A stretch of 64,000 bases of DNA from Dehalococcoidia bacterium. GTDB lineage: Bacteria > Chloroflexota > Dehalococcoidia > Lucifugimonadales > UBA1127. Shown here one piece after another: positions 52,970 through 62,394 of this stretch. The first letter of the stretch is position 1; every line of letters begins with the position of its first letter. The stretch covers positions 2,131,979 to 2,195,978 of the forward strand of contig OZ244559.1 of assembly GCA_965217675.1 (NCBI GenBank), in the 5' to 3' direction. Under the pieces are notes generated by a model. That model ran no database searches. It worked only from the letters and a program-made list of their open reading frames with translations, and was not told where the DNA came from. The translations under genes were made by a program, and so were the position numbers.

Positions 52970-54820
52970 CTACGCGCCGGCCCGCGACTTGGCCTCTCGC
53001 AGCGCCGAAGTCAGGGCGGGCACCACCTCGGCCCAATCGCCGACGATGCCGTAGTCGCAGGAGCGGAAGATGAAGGCGCGGGCCCGAGTGTTGATGGCCA
53101 CGACAATCCCCGCTCGCAGCACGCCCACCATGTGGTTGAGGTTGCCGCTCACGCCGACCGCAACGTACAGCTTCGGCGCAATGGCCTTGCCGGTGATGCC
53201 TACTTGCTGCTGCTTCGACACCCAGCCCCGGTCCGTCACCTCCCGTGTGGCGGCCACCGCCGCGTCCAGCGCCTTCGCCAGCTCGTGGACCGGGCCGTAG
53301 TTGTCGGGCGTGCCGACACCCATCCCAATGCTCACCACAACGTCGGCGTCATAGAGGCGGGCGCCCTCGCCGCCGACTTCGTTCTCTGATGACACCACGG
53401 TGACCGGGTCCTCCAACGCGTCCGCCGGCACATCAAGCTCGTCCGTCACCGCCGTTCGCGAGTCGTCCCGCGTCGCACGGGCCAGCATGCCGGGCCGCAC
53501 CGTCGCCATCTGCGGCGTCGTGCGTGACAGGATGGGCGAAACGATGTTGCCACCAAAAGCCGGCTTGTACTGCACCAGCTGACCTTCGCTGTTGATGGCC
53601 AAGTCGATGCAGTCGCCAGTCAGGCCAAGGCCCAGCCTTGCGGCCAGCCGAGCGGCCAGGTCGCGGCCGTTCACCGTCGCGGGAAGCAGCAGCGCATAGG
53701 GCCGCTTGCCTGCAACGGCGTTCGCCAGCACGCGCGTGTAGGGCAGCGTGGCGTACTGGGCCAGACCGGGATGGTCTGCCGTAAAGACGAGGTCTGCCCC
53801 ATGGGCCGCCAACTCCGGGACGTGTCGCTCCACATCGTGGCCAATCAGCACCGCCGCCACGGCTCGATCAGATTGCGCCTCCAGCTTGCCAGCGACCCCC
53901 AGCAGCTCGTACGTCACGGGCCGCAATGCGCCTTCGGCATCCTGCTCTGCGATCACCCAGATGGCGTCGAAGGGGTTCTTGGGGAATCGCGCCTGCCGAG
54001 CGACCTCACCTTTGGCATCGTCGCCCCAGCCATGGAAGAGGCCACGCCCTTCCAGTTCCTCCACCAGCCGCCGCACGTTGACCTGCACGTCCTCGTCGTC
54101 GAAGATCTCCGGCTGGCGCGTGCTCTCGAAACTCTCGATGGCGTCCACCCACGTGGGTGAGCCAGCGAAACCAAAGATGGACGTGTCCTGCGACAGGTCC
54201 GCCGCAGTCACCTCTTCAATGGGTTTTTCCTTGGCCGCCTCCAACTGTTCCGGTCCGGGCCACATTTCCTCCGCGATGCCGTCGCCACAGGCGAGCAACA
54301 CCGGCAGGGGCGACTCTACAGTCTGCATCCCGTCGTCCGTCTCGCGCCGCGCCGAGATGACGTTACGAGCCGCATCGAAGGTCAGGCCGCTCACGCTCGT
54401 GACCTGCGGGATGGAAAGCATCTCCGCCACTTCGGGCCCAACCTGGCCGGTCTCGGCGTCCAGGCTGTGCTTACCGCAGAGGATGAGGTCGTACTCCCCA
54501 CGGGACAGCGCAAGGGTCAGGGCGCGGGCCGTCGCCAGGGTGTCCGCGCCGGCAAAGGCCCGGTCCGTCAGCAGCACGGCCCGGTCGGCCCCAAGCGCCA
54601 AGCACTGCACCAACGCGTCGCGGGACTGTGGCGGGCCCATCGTCAGCGCCGTCACCTCTCCGCCGTGCTCCTCAGCCAACTTGACTGCGGCGGACACGGC
54701 AAGCAGGTCATACGAATTGACCTCGAGCGGCACGCCCTCCCGCACGATGGTGCGCGTCTCCGGGTCAAACCTGACCCGGGCGATGACCGGGATCTGCTTG
54801 ATGCATACGGCGATCTTCAT
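52970..54820 (-). CDS. Fused electron transfer flavoprotein beta-alpha (EtfB-EtfA single polypeptide)
   Basis: The N-terminal ~260 aa are EtfB-like (MKIAVCIKQIP, FGFAGSPTWV). The C-terminal ~320 aa are EtfA-like (KLYVAVGVSGNLNHMVG, AINTRARAFIF). One uninterrupted 616-aa frame. Confidence 0.85.
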   Translation of the reverse strand: MKIAVCIKQIPVIARVRFDPETRTIVREGVPLEVNSYDLLAVSAAVKLAEEHGGEVTALTMGPPQSRDALVQCLALGADRAVLLTDRAFAGADTLATARALTLALSRGEYDLILCGKHSLDAETGQVGPEVAEMLSIPQVTSVSGLTFDAARNVISARRETDDGMQTVESPLPVLLACGDGIAEEMWPGPEQLEAAKEKPIEEVTAADLSQDTSIFGFAGSPTWVDAIESFESTRQPEIFDDEDVQVNVRRLVEELEGRGLFHGWGDDAKGEVARQARFPKNPFDAIWVIAEQDAEGALRPVTYELLGVAGKLEAQSDRAVAAVLIGHDVERHVPELAAHGADLVFTADHPGLAQYATLPYTRVLANAVAGKRPYALLLPATVNGRDLAARLAARLGLGLTGDCIDLAINSEGQLVQYKPAFGGNIVSPILSRTTPQMATVRPGMLARATRDDSRTAVTDELDVPADALEDPVTVVSSENEVGGEGARLYDADVVVSIGMGVGTPDNYGPVHELAKALDAAVAATREVTDRGWVSKQQQVGITGKAIAPKLYVAVGVSGNLNHMVGVLRAGIVVAINTRARAFIFRSCDYGIVGDWAEVVPALTSALREAKSRAGA

Positions 54821-54939
54821 TGAAGCCCCCTAGGTTGGTATGCGCTCCGTATTCTACCCCACGCAGCGACCTCGCGCCGTTCCCGCGGTAGACGCCACTC
54901 GCAGCCCACCCCTCGGCCGCCAGCCTCCACCTACCTCTA

Positions 54940-55101
54940 TCGCCGTACTTGTGAACAAATTCGCAAATAAGTTGCCGGAATAAGTTCATATAGTACGTGA
55001 TATTTGCAGAACTCGGTGCGTACTTGACAATTATCGTCAGGGATACAACAATCTCTCTATTCGTTCAACCTATATATGGCATTACCTAAGGGGGTGTAGT
55101 A
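54940..55101 (+). promoter_or_regulatory. AT-rich upstream region of the binding-protein gene
   Basis: Local drop in G+C. TTGACA at 55024-55029. Direct repeat AATAAGTT at 54966 and 54979. AAGGGGGTG SD before ATG 55102. Confidence 0.35.
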
Positions 55102-56925
55102 ATGAACGTTTCTGTTCTGTGTACGACTCGGCTGTTCCTGCTGTTTGCGGCCCTTAGTGCAGCGCTGCTTACGATGGCCGCCTGCGGAGGCAGTGACGAC
55201 GCCTCCGCGGCGCCGGACCCTGTGGAGTCTACGACCGGCCAAACGACGGCTCCCGCTCCGGTCGACACCCCGATTGCTGCGGTTGTTGCCGCGCCGGAGT
55301 CCGCGCCCGTCGCCGAGCCGACGAAGGCCCCGGACACGGCCATGGTCAAGACAGACCCCAAGACGAAGCGGTTGGTCTTTGGCACCAACATGTCCCAAGA
55401 GACCACGTCCCCGCCCTTGGGCGGCGGCGGCATCGCAGGCTTCATCTCACTTCGGCCCATGTACGAGTTCCTGGTGGACATCACAGCGGACAAGGGCCAG
55501 TTCGTCCCCATGCTGGCAACAGAGTGGTCGATCGAAGGCGGCGACAAGATCCGCTACAAGCTGCGCGAGGGTGTGCCTTTCCACAAGGACAAGGGCGAGT
55601 TCACTGCCCAAGATGTGGTCCACACCTGGGAGCAGGTGACCCGCGAGGACGCGGAGCACGGGAACACCACACTCTTTCGCAGCTCAACCGACCACATCGA
55701 GATCGTGAACGACCACGAAGTCCTTTGGCACCTCACCAAGCCGGAGGCAGAGCTGTTCTGGATCATCTCCCAGATGTCCGCCGGAGGGCTGGAGATCCAG
55801 AGTAAAGACCACTTCGACGAGCTAGCCGGGGGGGACCCCAATTTCCGCCCGTCGTTTGACGGCGAAGCCATAGCGGGCACGGGGCCCTACCAGTTCCAGA
55901 GCCGGTCCCAGGCCCAGAATATCCGGTTCGAACGGGTCCCCTATGACCACTGGCAACTCCGCGCCGACTTCCCCGAATTCGAGTGGCGGATCATCAATGA
56001 GAACTCCACCCGCCTGGCGGCCCTGCTGGCTAAGGAGATCCATATTGCCTCGCTGCCGGAAGACCTGAAAAGGCAGGCAGCGACGGCTGGCATGAGGAAC
56101 ATCGCCGGCAAGGTCAAAGGACTGCGCACCTTTATGAGTTTCAACTGCTGCTATATGGTGGACGGCGACCGAAGCGCGGAGGGCAAGTACCTCTACCCGG
56201 ACAGCCGTCTGCTCGACGGCCGCGTACGCCAGGCCCTCAACAAGGCCGTGGACAAGGATGCGCTGAACGAGGCCTTCTTTGACGGCAAAGCCTTCCCCAT
56301 GTACCACACCCACCTGAACGAGAACACCCTGGGATGGGACACCAGCTGGGAAACCCGCTTCCCGGGGGAGTACGGCTACGACCCCGCCGCAGCGCGGACC
56401 CTTCTGCGGGAGGCCGGCTACTCGTCCAACAACCCGCTGGAAATCACCACCTACTCTGAAGAGGTTTCAGCCTATGCCGGCGCCGCCGACGTGGTGGACA
56501 TCATCGTGAGCTACTGGTCGGACGTGGGCGTAAAGGTGACCCTGGAGCAATATGACCCCACACGGTTCCGGTCTGCGGAACGGGGCTTTGAGGTCTACAA
56601 CGACATCGACATCGTGGGAACGTCCTCCTACCCCTTCGTGGCCCAGCGCATCTACAACTGGGCCTACCGGGCCACCAGCAACAACTTCACTTCAACGGAG
56701 ATCAACGTGTTGGGCACCAAGGTCCGCGGCATCCTGGACCTAGAGGAACAGGCGAAGGCATGGAAGGAGTGGGGCGAGGCTGTCTACAGCAGCCACTCCA
56801 ACCTCAACCTCTTCTGGCTGCCGGCTGAGGCCACTGTCAACCCTGACGTTGTTGAGGACTGGGTCTTCTCCAGCAACGTGACGGGCACCTGGACGCACAT
56901 TCCCTACATCAAGGGCGTGAAGTAG
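55102..56925 (+). CDS. ABC transporter substrate-binding lipoprotein, family 5 (peptide/nickel type)
   Basis: 607 aa. Signal peptide with lipobox LTMAAC, low-complexity linker, then an SBP_bac_5-like body. Confidence 0.85.
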   Translation: MNVSVLCTTRLFLLFAALSAALLTMAACGGSDDASAAPDPVESTTGQTTAPAPVDTPIAAVVAAPESAPVAEPTKAPDTAMVKTDPKTKRLVFGTNMSQETTSPPLGGGGIAGFISLRPMYEFLVDITADKGQFVPMLATEWSIEGGDKIRYKLREGVPFHKDKGEFTAQDVVHTWEQVTREDAEHGNTTLFRSSTDHIEIVNDHEVLWHLTKPEAELFWIISQMSAGGLEIQSKDHFDELAGGDPNFRPSFDGEAIAGTGPYQFQSRSQAQNIRFERVPYDHWQLRADFPEFEWRIINENSTRLAALLAKEIHIASLPEDLKRQAATAGMRNIAGKVKGLRTFMSFNCCYMVDGDRSAEGKYLYPDSRLLDGRVRQALNKAVDKDALNEAFFDGKAFPMYHTHLNENTLGWDTSWETRFPGEYGYDPAAARTLLREAGYSSNNPLEITTYSEEVSAYAGAADVVDIIVSYWSDVGVKVTLEQYDPTRFRSAERGFEVYNDIDIVGTSSYPFVAQRIYNWAYRATSNNFTSTEINVLGTKVRGILDLEEQAKAWKEWGEAVYSSHSNLNLFWLPAEATVNPDVVEDWVFSSNVTGTWTHIPYIKGVK

Positions 56926-56958
56926 CGAGGCAACTCCAGCAACGTCTCGGGAACTCAA

Positions 56959-56987
56959 GGGGCCCCGGCGCTTGATGCCGGGGCCCC
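56959..56987 (+). terminator. GC-rich hairpin downstream of the binding-protein gene
   Basis: GGGGCCCCGGC-GCTTGAT-GCCGGGGCCCC, 11-bp perfect stem, no T-run. Confidence 0.45.
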
Positions 56988-57102
56988 TCACCATTGCTCT
57001 CTCGTTCTTTCCTTGCCTGCCCGATAGTACCAACTGCGGTGCTGCCCGCATCGCGCCTTCCGGGGTACAATAGTTTGAGCCCACAATCAATCGGGAGCAA
57101 CA

Positions 57103-57828
57103 ATGGCAATCCAGGCAGTGGTTTTCGATGCCTTCGACACGCTGTTTCTGAACACAAGAAACCTCTGGCGGGACTGTTTCGCGCGCATTTGCAAGGACCA
57201 GGGCTTGGCGACAGATTCCAACAATCTCTATGACGCGTGGGCAATATCTGAGTTGGACTTCCGTCGAAAGAGAATCGACGTTGAGACGATGACTGCCCGG
57301 GGCCCGTTCCAGACGTATCAGGAGGTGTGGCACGACGCCTTCGTGGGCGCGTTTGCCACACTCCGCATCGCGGGGGATGCGGACGCCGCCGTCACGTACT
57401 TTCTGCAGGACTTGGGTACGCGTCCTGTATTCCCGGAGACGATGGTCGTGTTGGAGCGGCTGCGCGAGATGGCGCCCATTGCCGTGCTCTCCAACGCCGA
57501 CGACGCCTTCCTCTACCCGGTCATAGAGCGCCACGGCCTCTCGGACGCCTTCGCGGAGGTGCTGTCCTCGGAAGAGGCGCGGCTGTACAAGCCGCACCCG
57601 GACATCTTCACGCAAATGCTGGAGCGCCTAGGGACGGCACCGGAAGAGACGCTGATGGTGGGCGATACCCTGTTGGAGGACATTTACGGCGGTTACAACG
57701 TTGGGATGCCCAGCGCCTGGATCAATCGCTACGGGGCGCCCATGAACGGGCGAGTAGCGCCCACGTACGAGATGACCACCCTGGAGGACCTGCTCCCCAT
57801 CGTGGCCGGAGAGCCGGTGGGAGGGTAA
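57103..57828 (+). CDS. HAD-superfamily hydrolase (haloacid dehalogenase type II-like)
   Basis: Motif I VVFDAFDTLF, motif II LSNAD, motif IV VGDTLLEDI. Confidence 0.8.
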   Translation: MAIQAVVFDAFDTLFLNTRNLWRDCFARICKDQGLATDSNNLYDAWAISELDFRRKRIDVETMTARGPFQTYQEVWHDAFVGAFATLRIAGDADAAVTYFLQDLGTRPVFPETMVVLERLREMAPIAVLSNADDAFLYPVIERHGLSDAFAEVLSSEEARLYKPHPDIFTQMLERLGTAPEETLMVGDTLLEDIYGGYNVGMPSAWINRYGAPMNGRVAPTYEMTTLEDLLPIVAGEPVGG

Positions 57829-57840
57829 GGAGGAAGCGTC

Positions 57841-58464
57841 ATGACCATGCCGCTGAAGCGCAACGAGAACGGCCTCATCCCAACTATCGCACAGCACCAT
57901 GAGACGGGGCAGGTGCTCATGCTGGCCTACATGTCGGCGGAATCTCTTGCGCACACGCTGCAGGACGGCGACGCGTGGTTCTACAGCCGCAGCCGGCAGG
58001 CGCTCTGGCACAAAGGTGAGGAGTCAGGCAACATCCTGCGGGTCAAGTCGATGCATGTGGACTGCGACGGCGATACGCTGCTTTTGAAGGTGGACCCAGA
58101 GGGGCCCGCGTGTCACACGGGCGCGGTCTCTTGCTTCTTCGAAGACTTGGACGCCGAGCCGACCTACGCCGAGAGCGACGCGGGCGTTGGCGTGCTGGAA
58201 GAGCTCTTCGCGGTCATCAAGGACCGGCAGGCGAACCCCACCGCCGAGAGCTACACGGCCAAGCTGCTTCAAGAGGGCATTGGCCGCGTGGCGCAAAAGG
58301 TGGTTGAAGAGGCCGGCGAGTCGGCCATCGCGGCGGTGCAGGGCGAGCGAGAGGCGCTGGCCGGAGAGGTCGCGGACCTGCTCTACCACACGCTGACGCT
58401 GCTTGCCGCCGCTGACGTCTCCCCTCGCGACGTGTGGACGGAGCTGGCCAAACGTCGGAAGTAG
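57841..58464 (+). CDS. hisIE: Bifunctional phosphoribosyl-AMP cyclohydrolase / phosphoribosyl-ATP pyrophosphatase
   Basis: HisI part ([21 protein letters not shown]) fused to a HisE part (YTAKLL...KVVEEAGE). AAGGAGGAAG SD. Confidence 0.9.
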   Translation: MTMPLKRNENGLIPTIAQHHETGQVLMLAYMSAESLAHTLQDGDAWFYSRSRQALWHKGEESGNILRVKSMHVDCDGDTLLLKVDPEGPACHTGAVSCFFEDLDAEPTYAESDAGVGVLEELFAVIKDRQANPTAESYTAKLLQEGIGRVAQKVVEEAGESAIAAVQGEREALAGEVADLLYHTLTLLAAADVSPRDVWTELAKRRK

Positions 58465-58542
58465 TTGCCTCGACTCTTCGCCCGCGTTTCGGCTTTGTGG
58501 GCGAGAAGGCCATAGTCATCCACTAACGGAGGAAACAGTCTC

Positions 58543-59448
58543 GTGTTGTCATACGCGGAAGTGCGCGTGCCCGCCACAACGGCAAACCTCGGCCCGGGGT
58601 TCGACTGCCTGGGTATGGCGCTCGACATCTGGAACACGGTGAGGTTGGAGACTGGCGGCTCGGGCGTCACGATCACCGGCGAGGGTGAGGGAACACTAAG
58701 CACTGGCCGCGACAATCTCGTATTTCGAGCAGCAGCATCTCTCTTCGAAGCCATAGGGAAGCCCGTGCCACAGTTGTCTCTGACTTGCGACAACCAGGCG
58801 CCGCTGGGCCGGGGGCTCGGCAGCAGCTCCGCCGCAGCGGTCGGCGGGCTGGTTGCGGCCAACGCCCTCTGCGAGAACCCGCTTTCGCAGGATGAGGTGT
58901 TGGCGCTGGCCGTGGAAATGGAGGGTCACCCGGACAACGTCACCCCAGCACTGCACGGCGGGTGCCAAATCGTGGTCCAGGACGGGGAGCGGCTGGTGAC
59001 GTCGCCGGTGGCCCTGGCTCGTGACCTGTGGGCAGTGTTGTACATTCCGTCGCAGCAGATGCCGACGCAGCAGGCGCGGGGGCTTCTCGGTCCAACCGTC
59101 AGTCGCGGCGACGCTGTGTTCAATATGGGCCGCGCCGCACTCCTGGTTAACGCCCTCTCCAGCGGCGACATCTCGCTGCTGCGCACGGCGACCCAGGACC
59201 GGCTGCATCAGCCAGCGCGCGGAGTGCTCTTCCCCGCCATGGCGCGCATCATTCGAGCGGCGCTGGAGGCCGGCGCCGCTGGGGCGTTCCTGTCAGGCGC
59301 AGGCTCGACAATCCTGGCGCTTACCGTCGACCGCGAGATGACTGTCGGGTACGAGATGGCGGACATGGCGGACAAAGCCGGAGTGCCGGGAGACCTGAAG
59401 GTTACGAGGGTGAGCCAGCAGGGCGCTCACGTGGTGTCCAAAGGGTAG
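58543..59448 (+). CDS. thrB: Homoserine kinase
   Basis: VPATTANLGPGFDCLG and GHMP motif GLGSSSAA. GTG start with GGAGGAAAC SD. Confidence 0.9.
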   Translation: MLSYAEVRVPATTANLGPGFDCLGMALDIWNTVRLETGGSGVTITGEGEGTLSTGRDNLVFRAAASLFEAIGKPVPQLSLTCDNQAPLGRGLGSSSAAAVGGLVAANALCENPLSQDEVLALAVEMEGHPDNVTPALHGGCQIVVQDGERLVTSPVALARDLWAVLYIPSQQMPTQQARGLLGPTVSRGDAVFNMGRAALLVNALSSGDISLLRTATQDRLHQPARGVLFPAMARIIRAALEAGAAGAFLSGAGSTILALTVDREMTVGYEMADMADKAGVPGDLKVTRVSQQGAHVVSKG

Positions 59449-59507
59449 CACGGGCGAATGGCACCCGGGACAAGCGGAATGGGTAGGGCAACACACAAAC
59501 CGGAGAA

Positions 59508-60731
59508 ATGTCACGCATGGCAGTCATAGTACAGAAGTATGGGGGGAGCTCCCTGGCTGACCCCGAGAAGGTGCGGGGCGTCGCGCGGCGCATCACGGCA
59601 TCGAGGTCGGCGGACACCGGCGTCGTGGTGGTCTGCTCGGCCATGGGCGACTCAACAGACGACCTGTTGGCGCTGTCGCGCAGCGTCGCCGCCTCGCCGG
59701 TGGAGCGCGAGGTAGACCTCCTGCTGTCGACTGGAGAGATCGTCTCATGCGCGCTGGTGGCGATGGCGCTCAACGACATGGACTGCCCCGCCGTCAGCCT
59801 GACCGGCCTGCAGGCAGGCATCCAGACCGAATCGCTGCACGGAAAGGCTCGCATTGCTGACGTCGCGCCGGACCGCATCTTGGCGGAGCTGGATGCGGGC
59901 CGCGTCGCAGTGGTCTGCGGCTTCCAGGGCGTGACCGAGGAGCAGGAGGTCACCACTTTGGGCCGCGGCGGTTCGGATACGACGGCCGTCGCGCTGGCCG
60001 CGGTACTCGGGGCGGAGCGGTGCGAGATATACACGGATGTCGAGGGCATCTACACCGCCGACCCGCGCATCGTGCCCGAGGCGCGTAAGCTGGTTGAGAT
60101 TGACTACGAGGAGATGCTTGAGTTGGCGGCCAGCGGCGCCAAGATGCAGCCCCGCTCTATTGAGCTGGGCGAGCTCTATAACATTCCGATTCTGGTGGCC
60201 TCGACGTTCAGCGAGGCCCCGGGCACCCTGATTCACCGGGAGGCAGGCATGGAGGTCCGCAGCAAGGTACGCGGTGTGGCGAGCGACACCAACGTCGCGA
60301 AGGTGACTGTGCTGGGGGTGCCGGACCGCCCCGGCATCGCAGCCGCCTTCTTCGAGCCGCTGGCGCAGGCCGGGGTCAGCGTCGACACCATCGTGCAGAA
60401 CACCAGCGTGGAAAACCTGACGGACCTCTCCTTCACGGTGACGCGCACGGACATCGAAAAGACGCTGCCACTGGTACGGCCCGTGGCGGAGGCGATTGGC
60501 GCCCGTGGCGTAACCCATGACGATGAACTGGCGAAGGTGAGCGTCGTTGGCACCGGCATGCAGAACTCGCCGGGCTACGCCTCCACGATGTTCCGCGCGC
60601 TGGCAGAGGCCGGCGTGAACATTGAGATGATCACGACGTCGGAAATCCGCATCACCTGCATCGTGTCCGGCGAACAAGCCGCCGATGCCGTGCGCGCCCT
60701 GCACCGGGCCTTTGAACTGGACGTGGACTAG
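59508..60731 (+). CDS. lysC: Aspartate kinase (monofunctional, with ACT domains)
   Basis: VQKYGGSSL, GRGGSDTTA, C-terminal tandem ACT. Start ATG 59508 or 59517. Confidence 0.9.
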   Translation: MSRMAVIVQKYGGSSLADPEKVRGVARRITASRSADTGVVVVCSAMGDSTDDLLALSRSVAASPVEREVDLLLSTGEIVSCALVAMALNDMDCPAVSLTGLQAGIQTESLHGKARIADVAPDRILAELDAGRVAVVCGFQGVTEEQEVTTLGRGGSDTTAVALAAVLGAERCEIYTDVEGIYTADPRIVPEARKLVEIDYEEMLELAASGAKMQPRSIELGELYNIPILVASTFSEAPGTLIHREAGMEVRSKVRGVASDTNVAKVTVLGVPDRPGIAAAFFEPLAQAGVSVDTIVQNTSVENLTDLSFTVTRTDIEKTLPLVRPVAEAIGARGVTHDDELAKVSVVGTGMQNSPGYASTMFRALAEAGVNIEMITTSEIRITCIVSGEQAADAVRALHRAFELDVD

Positions 60732-61162
60732 GTGGGTTCTTCCCACTCCGCCCACGGGTCGTAGCTGCCGATGTTCCAGAGCTGTCCCTCGGGGTCGCGG
60801 ACCGCGAAGAGACTTCCTCCGTAGTGCTGCTCTGTGAACTCCATGACGATGTTGGCGCCGGCGGCCTGGACCCGCTCGTAGAGAGCGCGAATATCCTGCA
60901 CCACAATGTACGCGCTTTGCGTCAGAGTAGCTTCCGGGGCAGGCGGACCGACAATGTCGCCAAAGTTGTCGTCGTGGGCTGAGCCGAGCATGATCATGCC
61001 GTTGCCGAGGACGAGCTGCGCGTGAGCTATCGTGCCGTCTTCGTTGGGGACTACGAGATGACGCTCAAACCCCAAGACATCGCACAGCCAGTCAATTGCA
61101 GCCTGGGCATCACGATACCGCATGCCCGGAATGATGTTGGCCTTCAGATCAGAGTCGGCCAT
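60728..61162 (-). CDS. VOC family (glyoxalase/bleomycin-resistance fold) protein
   Basis: 144 aa, paired beta-alpha-beta-beta-beta module pattern. TAGGAGTAGAG SD. Confidence 0.75.
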   Translation of the reverse strand: MADSDLKANIIPGMRYRDAQAAIDWLCDVLGFERHLVVPNEDGTIAHAQLVLGNGMIMLGSAHDDNFGDIVGPPAPEATLTQSAYIVVQDIRALYERVQAAGANIVMEFTEQHYGGSLFAVRDPEGQLWNIGSYDPWAEWEEPT

Positions 61163-61192
61163 GCTCTACTCCTATCATTCCGGGGCAGACGC

Positions 61193-61774
61193 CTAGACGC
61201 CCAAGCTCGTCATCAGATCCTTGATGGCCACGCGCGTGGGCTTGACGCCGGTGCGCGGACGAAGACCGATGGGCTCGTTCTGGATCTCTGGCACAGTCTT
61301 GATGCAAATGAAGACGGGTCCCTCGGCCTCCAGCACCTCATCGGCGCGGGAGGCGAAGTCCTCCAAGTCGTCGAACTCGTAGGCCGCGGCATACCCGGCC
61401 TCCCGGGCCATACCCGCGAAGGAAAGCTTGTTGACGCCGGGGATGGGCTGGCCGCCTGTGACGGCGTAGACGCCGTTCTCCAGCACGAAGTGGTAGAAGT
61501 TCTTGGGCGACTTCTCCGCGACGGTGACCAGCGTGCCCAGATTCATCAGCAGGGAGCCGTCGCCGTCAAAGACAAAGACCTTTAGGTCCGGCTGCGCCAG
61601 GGCCACGCCCAAGGCGAAAGACGATGCCTTGCCCATGGCTCCGCCCAGGGGGATGTCCCTATCCTTGTTGCTGCTGACCTCGTTCCAGCCCCTGCTGCCG
61701 GTCATCGTGGGCACGACGACGCCGTTGTCGCGGTGCTTCTCCACCACGGCCATCAGGTCTACCTGGTTAATCAT
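61193..61774 (-). CDS. Thiamine-diphosphate enzyme, C-terminal PP-binding subunit (sulfopyruvate/phosphonopyruvate decarboxylase beta-like)
   Basis: ThDP motif GAMGKASSFALG...VFDGDGSLLMN. About 190 aa, a stand-alone subunit. Confidence 0.75.
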   Translation of the reverse strand: MINQVDLMAVVEKHRDNGVVVPTMTGSRGWNEVSSNKDRDIPLGGAMGKASSFALGVALAQPDLKVFVFDGDGSLLMNLGTLVTVAEKSPKNFYHFVLENGVYAVTGGQPIPGVNKLSFAGMAREAGYAAAYEFDDLEDFASRADEVLEAEGPVFICIKTVPEIQNEPIGLRPRTGVKPTRVAIKDLMTSLGV

Positions 61775-61791
61775 GGTTGTTCCTCGCTTTG

Positions 61792-62304
61792 CTATCGATT
61801 GAAACCGTGGTACTCGTCGCCGACCAGGACCACCACCGGGCCGCTGCTGCGCGCCGCGTCTGAGAACGCCGCGGAAATACGGTCGGCGTCGCCATCATGC
61901 TCAACCAGGTAGTAGGGCACATTCCAGGCGCGCAGCGTCGGCTCAGTGAAGCGCGCGGCGGAGTCGGGCGTCAGTCCGTGGCGCGTCCAGCCACGATAGC
62001 CCACCAACATCACGACGGGCATCTGACAGTCCAGCGCGATGCCGCGGATGGAGTCGCCGGACTCCAGCATGCCGGTGTTTTGTATGAGCACGACGGGCTT
62101 CTTGCCCCCGGCGATGATCCCTGCCGCAATCGCGATGCTCTCGCCTTCCCTGGAAACTGGGACCAAGTCCAATGTGGGGTCTGCCTCCATCAGCTGGTAC
62201 ATCCAATTGGTCTCGCTGTCCGGCAGGTACACCACGTGGGTCACGCCGTTGTTCTTGAACTCCTGGATAACAGCCTCCGGGCTGAGGAGCGCTTGTTGCG
62301 CCAT
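61792..62304 (-). CDS. Thiamine-diphosphate enzyme, N-terminal PYR subunit (sulfopyruvate/phosphonopyruvate decarboxylase alpha-like)
   Basis: VVYLPDS...PVSREGESIAIAAG...VLIQNTGMLESGD pattern. ATG 62304 with AAGGAGG SD. Confidence 0.75.
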   Translation of the reverse strand: MAQQALLSPEAVIQEFKNNGVTHVVYLPDSETNWMYQLMEADPTLDLVPVSREGESIAIAAGIIAGGKKPVVLIQNTGMLESGDSIRGIALDCQMPVVMLVGYRGWTRHGLTPDSAARFTEPTLRAWNVPYYLVEHDGDADRISAAFSDAARSSGPVVVLVGDEYHGFNR

Positions 62305-62394
62305 GTCGCCTCCTTGCGTCGCCGGCTCACGGGCCGGGTTGGGCTCGCACATGATAGCAGACGGACGGGTAGATGCGGCGTGTCCACGCCTGCT

